From Euryarchaeota archaeon UBA52 (GTDB lineage: Archaea; Thermoplasmatota; Poseidoniia; Poseidoniales; Thalassarchaeaceae): a DNA stretch of 64,000 bases. A program made the position numbers and the translations under genes. Positions 56,448 to 64,000 of the stretch are shown piece after piece. Position 1 is the stretch's first letter; each line of letters starts with the position of its first letter. Under the pieces are notes generated by a model that worked only from the letters and a program-made list of their open reading frames with translations, was not told where the DNA came from and searched no databases. The DNA lies in the NCBI GenBank assembly GCA_002505455.1, contig DAVB01000055.1, positions 11,710 through 75,709 on the forward strand, in the 5' to 3' direction.

Positions 56448-59123
56448 TCATACCCTACGATCTTCGCCAAGAGCTTCTAGAATACGCTCGCTCTCACGCC
56501 TTGAGCGAAGCGCGAGAACGGCCACGGTCGCCACGCCTATTGCTATGAGTCCAATGACGATTATCTGCTCGGCGTCCTCCGAGAGGGCTAGGAAGCCGGC
56601 TGGGAGCTCCGTAGCCGTAATCAGATCCAATGGTTGCCCTGCTGCAGGTAGTCCCTTAGGCTGCACCACAATTGTAAATCTGTACTCATCGTCAGATATC
56701 AGATCAGCCGGCGGGAGTGTACTCACCTCAATCTCCATCGTCTGACCAGGCTCCAATTCAAAATCATCAGGTACGATATCAACGGACCAACCGCGTAGAG
56801 ATTCGGTTGGGATGATGACCACATCCTCGACAATATTGCCATGATTGGTTACGAAGAAGGAATATTCGCCCTTATCGGGATACGCTGTTGTCTGCTTAGT
56901 TGATTCTTCCATAGTCAGTCTAAGGTCATGAATGGTTCTGATTTCAACTGCTATGTCGATTGAAGATATTTCATTGGGATTCAGGGCGGAGTACGCATTG
57001 ACCTTCATCAGCCCATTTAGCCCGTTAGCAGAGCCTTGCACCACTTCCATTCGGATATCGACTTGTATCCTATCTCCTGGTTGAACTGGAATTGGGGCAG
57101 TTATGGTGTTCCCCTGTATGCTTATCGTCCTAATAACAAGAGCCTCGAGACCGGAGATATCGATTACAAGATCGTCACCAGCGGGATAGTCCCCGGTATT
57201 GTCCACGAAGAAGGAGAGTGTGGTTTCACCACCGGGTGGCAGTGTTACGTCAAGTTGTCCGGGTGTCAGGCCGGGATTTACGGGAGATATCTCGAATGTG
57301 TAGTTATAATTCGAGACTGTCACTGTCACCGTCTCTTCTGCATCGGCATCTGCTCCGAAAACAGCAGCTCTGGCTAAGATTCTGGCTGAGTCTGCATTCT
57401 CCTCGCCTTCAACGTTGACATCGAGGAAGAGGCTTCGAGATTGGCCTGGGCTGAGCTGTACTTGGCTGAGTCCGTTTCCATTCGAATCAGAATAGGATGC
57501 GTCCCATTGAGGGGAGTTGCATCCAGTCTGATCCCCGGGGTTACAAACTTGGAGTTTGATTGTATCTTCCACATTCCCTTCATTGGTAACAACGAATGGA
57601 AACCTTACAATCTGGTCTGTACGACCATTCTGCGCGGTTGATACGAAGTCTATCGTGACCTCATGTCTTTGATTTACATTCACGTTCAGAGCAACTGTGT
57701 CGAGGGTTTCTGAGCCGCCGCCGCCTGTAACCTTGAATACCACTTGAGTTGATCCTGCTAATGCATCGTCTGGAACTGAGATGACTGCGGTTGATGAGCC
57801 TTGATTTTGAGAAGTTTGAGCCGCATTGAGGCTGTGGGACGGGGGTGAGAACGAAATGCTCCATCCAGATGGTAGCGGTTCTGTTGCAAGAGTGAACGTA
57901 TCAGCGCCATTTCCAGTATTCTCGAGGTATATCGTCACCTGCGGCTGACTGCCGGGTTCTACATTCGATACAGACCCGGTATTGATGGAAATATCTCCAG
58001 AATGTATCTGTCCGACCTTTATCGTAACTGTAGCTTCACAGCCAACTGATGAGCCTGCCTTTGCCATTATTCTGATATCAACACTTGATCCGGATTCTAC
58101 AGATGAGTCTGGCGTGATATCAAATCCGAATGTGAAACTATCCCCGTTGTTGTTTGGCTCAGCGAGAAGTTTGCTTGTGGGGGAATCGAAAGAAACCCAA
58201 CCGGATATGTCTTCGCCGCCCGCGCTTTGTGCTTGGACCGCAGCAGTCCAGGCAGTATTTCCCGTATTTGTGACTTCGATGTTGTTCGGGGAGCTTGTCT
58301 GACCGGGTTGCAAATTTGCAAATGACCAATCAAGTTCTTCGACACATGTTCTGATTTGAGGCACTACTCCTGTGAGCGTGAGGTTGTCCTCGGCCCCATT
58401 TGTTGGGTCATTGGTGACCGTGGCTCTCAGTATGAAACAGTGCTCGCCGGCATCGGTCTCACTCTCATCATCCAGGGTGATTTGGAAGTCCACGTCTTCA
58501 TTATCGCCTGAATTCAGATTGACCGTGGCTGGGTCAACCGAAGCGGAAACAGTCTCATCATCAGAATCGCACCCGCTATCGTTCTCGACCGTAAGTTGTA
58601 TGTTTGCCTGCTGATCTCCATTATTCTCAACATTGACGATCCAATCGATTGAGTCTCCTTCTAAGTCGTAATCTTTCTTCAGAGCGCCGGTAGTCAATAC
58701 TACAGAATACAGGCCTCCATCCTCAGCGGTAGTAGTTACAGTTAGTGAATCGGATTGCGGTGGCGGCGTCGGCCCCGTTGCTTGGATTGTCAATGTCGTC
58801 TCGCAATCCCCTGATGCTGTGTCATCTACTTGCACCTCGAGATCTACAAGTTCGTCGCTGTTTGAATTGACGCTGCCCGTGGGGGAGTCGACGCTCGAGG
58901 TGAAACCATTGCACCCGGCCCCCTGTTGGGTCGAGAGTGTGTATGTCATGTCGTCATCTCCGTTGTTCCTTATCGTGATCTCATAAACCGCTGGATCACT
59001 TGTCGTTGCAGGCTTCTCTGTATCAGGGGTTGAGAGTTGTGGGTCTACATCCGCGGAGACGGTCGGGGCGATGGCCGCGATGAGCATGAGCGCCGCGACT
59101 ACGGTGACGGAACGGGGCCTCAT
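56448..59123 (-). CDS. Cell-surface protein with tandem Ig-like (COG1470/NPCBM-associated-like) domains and C-terminal TM anchor
   Basis: Signal peptide; repeated 'N.GN..D...L' modules; acidic; C-terminal TM with basic tail. Confidence 0.8.
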   Translation of the reverse strand: MRPRSVTVVAALMLIAAIAPTVSADVDPQLSTPDTEKPATTSDPAVYEITIRNNGDDDMTYTLSTQQGAGCNGFTSSVDSPTGSVNSNSDELVDLEVQVDDTASGDCETTLTIQATGPTPPPQSDSLTVTTTAEDGGLYSVVLTTGALKKDYDLEGDSIDWIVNVENNGDQQANIQLTVENDSGCDSDDETVSASVDPATVNLNSGDNEDVDFQITLDDESETDAGEHCFILRATVTNDPTNGAEDNLTLTGVVPQIRTCVEELDWSFANLQPGQTSSPNNIEVTNTGNTAWTAAVQAQSAGGEDISGWVSFDSPTSKLLAEPNNNGDSFTFGFDITPDSSVESGSSVDIRIMAKAGSSVGCEATVTIKVGQIHSGDISINTGSVSNVEPGSQPQVTIYLENTGNGADTFTLATEPLPSGWSISFSPPSHSLNAAQTSQNQGSSTAVISVPDDALAGSTQVVFKVTGGGGSETLDTVALNVNVNQRHEVTIDFVSTAQNGRTDQIVRFPFVVTNEGNVEDTIKLQVCNPGDQTGCNSPQWDASYSDSNGNGLSQVQLSPGQSRSLFLDVNVEGEENADSARILARAAVFGADADAEETVTVTVSNYNYTFEISPVNPGLTPGQLDVTLPPGGETTLSFFVDNTGDYPAGDDLVIDISGLEALVIRTISIQGNTITAPIPVQPGDRIQVDIRMEVVQGSANGLNGLMKVNAYSALNPNEISSIDIAVEIRTIHDLRLTMEESTKQTTAYPDKGEYSFFVTNHGNIVEDVVIIPTESLRGWSVDIVPDDFELEPGQTMEIEVSTLPPADLISDDEYRFTIVVQPKGLPAAGQPLDLITATELPAGFLALSEDAEQIIVIGLIAIGVATVAVLALRSRRESERILEALGEDRRV

Positions 59124-59215
59124 AGACACTAATTGCCGGTCCTAACCTCTCTAAGGGCTTCGGCCTTCAGTGCGGTTCAAATCCCAAATTGCGCGTTAAC
59201 CGGCAAATCCCGGAG

Positions 59216-62200
59216 TCATCTCTTGGATAAGTCGATTATCGCCTTCGATTGAGGTGCGGACCAACCTGTGGATTGTAATTGCATTGAAACAGACTCCTCA
59301 GACTGCCCGGCATCTATCGCGGCCTTTGCCCAATCAATTGCAGCAGCTCTGTCTTCTATCTCATCTTTTGAAAACAAGCTGCGTTTACTCTCAGCTGTTG
59401 GCCGAAGTCGCATGGTTGTAAACACGCCAATTGCAACCACAATAACAAGGCCGATGAGTATCAACGGCAGGGACAAGCCTGCCGAAGAGGAAGCGCGAAC
59501 TTGGAGTGGTATCTCATAGGATGAGCCTTCGATGGTTGAACCGCCCTGAAGATCGATAACAACTGGTCCTCTTGCCGTACCGGGGGTGATCTCAATTTCT
59601 ATTGATCTGGATTCTCCAGGAGAAAGGGACAGAATCGTATCTTGAGCTATCGTATGGGACCACCCTGACGGTGCATCGACCTGGATCTTGCTGTTTATCG
59701 GCGAGTTGCCGAGATTCTCCACATCTAGGGTTATCTGTGCAGTATCTCCTGTGTTAATTATGGGCATATTGCCTTGAAACGACCATTGCATTTTGGATGT
59801 CTTCTTGACCAGAAGGGATACTGTATCAATTGCCACCAACCCGCCATCTTCAAGTCTCAGAGTCAGTATGGCTTCTGATCCGCCCTGTTGTGTCTCTGGA
59901 ATAGTTACAGAGCACCAGACTTTCGAAGATGTGCCTGGCTGTACGGTGCCGATAGGTGAACAGGGGGTAGACCAACCATCTTCCTGTGCAGTTAGTTCAG
60001 CAACTGGAGACCATGCCCCCAATCCTTGATTCGCTACGTCCCAAGAAAGATCGAACGGAGTGGTAACTGGAAGAGCGCCCAGGCCGAGCGGACTTGTTGA
60101 TGTGGAGCCGTCTGCAGACACTATCGATGAGAATGAAACGAGGGGCTGTGCACCCGAAGTTACGTCTATTGTTCGATTCCACAAGAAAGCATTGCCATCC
60201 TGAGTTAGGAATCTGACTTTTACGAGTCCGCCGACTGCGCGTCCATTACCTTCGAGGATTAGATCCCATATCGAAGTGGAGGACTTGTCGATTGAGATAG
60301 TTTGAGTTGAAGAGGCACTAGACCAGCCCCCTGGAAGGGATATTATCTGGGGCGTGAGCGTGATGTCTCGATTGCCCTCGTTCACAATTTGCACAGGGAC
60401 CTCGTGTCGTTCGTCTGGTCTAACCTGTTCATCTATGCCATCTGAGTCTGGTGTTAACCTGATTTTATCTGTTGGAGTGACGATTAACGGTATGTCCTCT
60501 ACCCATGTGTCAGTTGTTGTACGGGCAGAGATGGTTAGCTGGGCGCTCATCTGTGTTCCAGCGGTTACAACGACGGACGGTGGTTTGAGGGTGATATCAA
60601 TTGAACGAGAATTCCCCTGTGTCAAAGTCCCGGTTGAACCGTGTGTTGAGTCCACAAACGTTCCGAGATTGTCGAGGGTCGCTCTCCACCCGGCAGGTGC
60701 CTCCAGGGCTAGGTCGTACGTCTGTGGCCCGTTTCCTTCGTTTGTCAGCTGGAGGGAAGCGCTTGATGGTTCAAATGCGTCAACAGCCAGTGTGCCACCG
60801 GGGACCCTGAGTTCCACGGCTGGGAATGAGGATACGGTCAATCTCAAGATGAGTTCGCTGGTAACGTCATTTACCTCGTCTATGCCTGTGATTATTACTC
60901 TGTATACACCTGGTTCAGGAGGATTTGGATGTGCTAAAGCGAATGATAGTTGCTTTTCCTCTGAAGCATTCAGGTCGACTTCGGTCTGGGAAAACGAACT
61001 GTACCACGGCACAGTGGCCCCATCTGACATCCTAACAACATTTGAAGCGGATATCGAGGCATTGGTGGGGAATAATGCTGTATTGGTGAGGGCTATCTGT
61101 AATGTTGTGGAACCGCTTGGAACCGTCATTACCGGATTGGGATTGTCTGTTTCAACCCGAATACCTGGCTCACTGACTTCTATTGGTATCGTGAACAGAT
61201 TGTTTTGTTCTGATGATTCTTCTACCTGATCGTTGGGATCGATTTCAATGGAAATTTGACGCGTCCCCGAAGCCGCTGGGGTCCACTGCCATTCCAACGG
61301 TACCGCTTCACCCGGAGCCATACTTATTGTTCTCACACCTAGGGGCTGTCCTGGAGAAGACGCAGAAATTGAAACGGAAGGAACTGATCCTGCGCCTAGA
61401 TTCGCAATGGTTGCTCCAATGGTAACCGTCTCTCCCACCTGTGGAATTGGGGTTGAAAGTGTGAAGCTGTCTGCGTCAACTGCAGGATCAGGGGTCAGGT
61501 CGTTCACATTAACGCCCCTTAGTGCAATGGAATACGGCTGATACTGTCGTGCTCCTGCGTGATAGACATCGCTTACCCGTACAGTCCAGACGCCGAGTCC
61601 TGCCGATTCAACCAAGACTGCCTCTACGTTATTTACGGAATCTGCCTGACCGCCGGTCACTGAATGGCCCTGGGAGAAGACATTCCCGAGATATGTGGAT
61701 GTGCCTCCCGGGGATATCACCTCGAGATCTAGATCGTTACGTAATTGATCCGAAGAAGAGGTAGATCCGGGGTAATCCGACCATGCGAGAACTACCTTTA
61801 ACGGCTCACCGGCTCGAGTAACTTCGAAGGAATACTCATCGATTTCACCGCTTTTCAGCCTATGGCGGTCATCGACAAATATTCCAACATCGGATTCAGG
61901 AATCAAGCTGTTGGATAGATCTATTCTTCCCCACCCCTCAACGTTATTGGGAATGTTGGGCGTACCGACATCTTCTGCACCAAGGATGAGCATGGCTTTG
62001 ATGAGCGATGCCTGCGGAGCGGGTCTCTGCGCGATTTCCATGAGGTATTCTCTGATCAAGATTGAGGCCCCGGCTGCTGCTGGAGTTGCCATTGATGTGC
62101 CACTAGATTCTTCATACCACTGACCGAGATCATTGGATCCGCCTGATTCTTGTGCTTCGCAGGATCGAACGTACATGCCCGGAGCAATCACATCTGGTTT

Positions 62201-63592
62201 GATTCTGCCATCATCAGTTGGACCTTGGCTGCTGTATGGATACATTGCATCTGGGGACCCTCCATATCTATTCTGATGCGCCCCTACTGCGATTACATTC
62301 TTTGCTGTGGCTGGGGGGGAGATGCCGCTGCTGCCTTCGTTGCCGGCTGAGAAGAAGACGGACATTCCTTCGTATGTCCAATATTGATCCCATGTGCTAA
62401 TCCGATCATCGGCATCCTCTGCTGATGTTGTATATGTGTTGTAACCGGATCCCGAGCCCCAGCTGTTGGTATGGAAACGTGCTCCGTTGTTGTATGCCTG
62501 GGAGAGCATGGTATCAATTCCATAACTGTACAAACTGCCAGAGTCATCGTCCTCCATTGCCTGAAAGACGATTTCAGCTTCTGGAGCAACTCCGGCATAC
62601 TGTCCCGAGCTTCTGTAGCCGGACCCCACAGCCGTACAAGCTACGTGGGTACCATGTCCGGAGCCATCTGCTGTGGAGCTATCGCCAGGGGTTACTGATG
62701 TTCTAGAAACAATCCTGGATCCGAAATCACCATGGTCATGGTCTATACCGGAGTCTCCGACAGCAATTCTCTGTCCTGAACCATCGAGTGTGGTTGAGAA
62801 CCATGACTCTACATCTTCAGATTCAGTGTGATCTCTGACCTCATCGTTTGAGGGTACAAGTTGAGGCATTGGAGCGATCCATGCCACAGCAGGATTTTCA
62901 AGTACTGAGGCGATTGATTCGTAGTCGATTGAACCCCATCTACGGCCGTTATCAACAATGCCGCTATCCATGAATCCCATCTGATCGAGAGTGTCAAGAT
63001 TACCGATTCCAAGAGGCATTGAGTCATCTGACCTACCATCTTCAAGGGTGTTCCACCCGAGTATCTCCACCTCGATAAGATCCTGTGTAGATTCAATTGA
63101 GGGGTGTACTAGCAAACCTGTTGGGACTGCGTGAGATGCCGCTACTACGGGCAGAAGGGCTACCTGTTCGAGAGCCTTTTCATCGCCTTGGACTAAGTAA
63201 CCGGATGGCGGAACGGCCGTTCTTATCTCTAAGCCCGGTATTTCCTCGATTGTAATTCTGGCATCCCACATACCAATCATATCGTCAATTAGAAGCATTA
63301 CCAGATCTTGCCTTGGTTGGGTGAACTCGGATTGAATAGTCTGAGAGGGTATGAATCCGGCCAGAGTGTATATTCCAATGGGGGTGTCTGCAACCATTGA
63401 TCGGCCTCTTTCTACGCCGACGAATGTGACTGGCTCAGAGATATCTGAAATCTTCGAAGGTCCGGAAAGATCGACTTGTCTGATTTGATGTTCATCGGAG
63501 AGGTTGTATTGATTATCGAAGTCAATCGACCCCCACATCATCGTCGTCAGAAGTGCCGCTATGAGCGCTGCGCCCCTCTTCTTCATATGCAT
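59216..63592 (-). CDS. Membrane-anchored S8 subtilase (KP-43-like) with CARDB and Ig-like domains
   Basis: Catalytic motifs VGDSG, GHGTHVA, SAGNEG, GTSMATP; 'LAWSD.PG....L.NDLDL' beta domain; CARDB-like 'IDP..Q.EES.E.NN'; C-terminal TM. Confidence 0.93.
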   Translation of the reverse strand: MHMKKRGAALIAALLTTMMWGSIDFDNQYNLSDEHQIRQVDLSGPSKISDISEPVTFVGVERGRSMVADTPIGIYTLAGFIPSQTIQSEFTQPRQDLVMLLIDDMIGMWDARITIEEIPGLEIRTAVPPSGYLVQGDEKALEQVALLPVVAASHAVPTGLLVHPSIESTQDLIEVEILGWNTLEDGRSDDSMPLGIGNLDTLDQMGFMDSGIVDNGRRWGSIDYESIASVLENPAVAWIAPMPQLVPSNDEVRDHTESEDVESWFSTTLDGSGQRIAVGDSGIDHDHGDFGSRIVSRTSVTPGDSSTADGSGHGTHVACTAVGSGYRSSGQYAGVAPEAEIVFQAMEDDDSGSLYSYGIDTMLSQAYNNGARFHTNSWGSGSGYNTYTTSAEDADDRISTWDQYWTYEGMSVFFSAGNEGSSGISPPATAKNVIAVGAHQNRYGGSPDAMYPYSSQGPTDDGRIKPDVIAPGMYVRSCEAQESGGSNDLGQWYEESSGTSMATPAAAGASILIREYLMEIAQRPAPQASLIKAMLILGAEDVGTPNIPNNVEGWGRIDLSNSLIPESDVGIFVDDRHRLKSGEIDEYSFEVTRAGEPLKVVLAWSDYPGSTSSSDQLRNDLDLEVISPGGTSTYLGNVFSQGHSVTGGQADSVNNVEAVLVESAGLGVWTVRVSDVYHAGARQYQPYSIALRGVNVNDLTPDPAVDADSFTLSTPIPQVGETVTIGATIANLGAGSVPSVSISASSPGQPLGVRTISMAPGEAVPLEWQWTPAASGTRQISIEIDPNDQVEESSEQNNLFTIPIEVSEPGIRVETDNPNPVMTVPSGSTTLQIALTNTALFPTNASISASNVVRMSDGATVPWYSSFSQTEVDLNASEEKQLSFALAHPNPPEPGVYRVIITGIDEVNDVTSELILRLTVSSFPAVELRVPGGTLAVDAFEPSSASLQLTNEGNGPQTYDLALEAPAGWRATLDNLGTFVDSTHGSTGTLTQGNSRSIDITLKPPSVVVTAGTQMSAQLTISARTTTDTWVEDIPLIVTPTDKIRLTPDSDGIDEQVRPDERHEVPVQIVNEGNRDITLTPQIISLPGGWSSASSTQTISIDKSSTSIWDLILEGNGRAVGGLVKVRFLTQDGNAFLWNRTIDVTSGAQPLVSFSSIVSADGSTSTSPLGLGALPVTTPFDLSWDVANQGLGAWSPVAELTAQEDGWSTPCSPIGTVQPGTSSKVWCSVTIPETQQGGSEAILTLRLEDGGLVAIDTVSLLVKKTSKMQWSFQGNMPIINTGDTAQITLDVENLGNSPINSKIQVDAPSGWSHTIAQDTILSLSPGESRSIEIEITPGTARGPVVIDLQGGSTIEGSSYEIPLQVRASSSAGLSLPLILIGLVIVVAIGVFTTMRLRPTAESKRSLFSKDEIEDRAAAIDWAKAAIDAGQSEESVSMQLQSTGWSAPQSKAIIDLSKR

Positions 63593-63640
63593 TGAGGGCC
63601 TTCTGGCTCTCTATGAGCGTATGGGTAATCGGTTCAGAGT

Positions 63641-64000
63641 TCAGAAGATTGTGAACTCTCCGACGTTGATGTGATACTCAGAAGTCCATTGACCTACATC
63701 GTGGGTCCATCTCTCTGTCTTTCTATCCCCGTCGTACGCGTAGTATTCGAGATCTATCTCAATCGTGTAATTCTCCCATACAGAGGCGCCGTCAATGATG
63801 AGTTCCAGATCGTCATGGGCAATCGAAGTATGGGCGCCAAGTTGTTCCCATGAAAAATCGGTTCTTCCAATTTCAATACCGACATCGTCGACCATTCTTA
63901 TTGACATCTCGATGTCTTCCATCGCCCTAGAACCTCGATTATCTAATTCAACCAATACAATATGGCCTCCCCCAGATTGACGATAAACGACGTCTGCAGT
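63641..64000 (-). CDS. 3' part of a hypothetical protein entering from the right edge
   Basis: Frame stays open from 63955 to the window edge (TADVVYRQSGGGHIV-LVELDNRG...). Confidence 0.65.
   Translation of the reverse strand, partial: TADVVYRQSGGGHIVLVELDNRGSRAMEDIEMSIRMVDDVGIEIGRTDFSWEQLGAHTSIAHDDLELIIDGASVWENYTIEIDLEYYAYDGDRKTERWTHDVGQWTSEYHINVGEFTIF

Overview
Gene-dense core chromosome segment of a euryarchaeon, most consistent with Marine Group II (Ca. Poseidoniales). The evidence is CDC48, MC1, Hjc, Lhr, aIF-1A/Rio1/Dim2, a presenilin homolog, PGF-CTERM-like and Ig-repeat surface proteins, and a large anchored S8 protease; the taxon is inferred from gene content only. The window holds tRNA-Gly(CCC), a three-gene succinate dehydrogenase of the mycobacterial Sdh1 type, a leucine-catabolism-like biotin carboxylase cluster, serS, folC, ferrochelatase, and a complex I-like operon (nuoA-B-C-D-H-I-J1-J2-K-L-M-N) with no NuoEFG or FpoF gene in the window. 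I saw no CRISPR array, transposase or integrase. The best candidate for an undescribed system is the complex I-like operon: its NuoI carries a 110-aa segment between the two [4Fe-4S] motifs with an SH3-like barrel pattern reminiscent of cyanobacterial NdhS, and NuoH, NuoA, NuoC and NuoL carry extra loops. Other observations are a 34-aa CPxCG zinc-finger ORF missing from the ORF track, an RCC1 plus Cys-repeat surface protein, aIF-1A with a long acidic tail, a degenerate macrodomain, a Vsr gene with no nearby methylase, and a 74-nt structured intergenic element. All product calls come from motif recognition by eye; no database searches were run.
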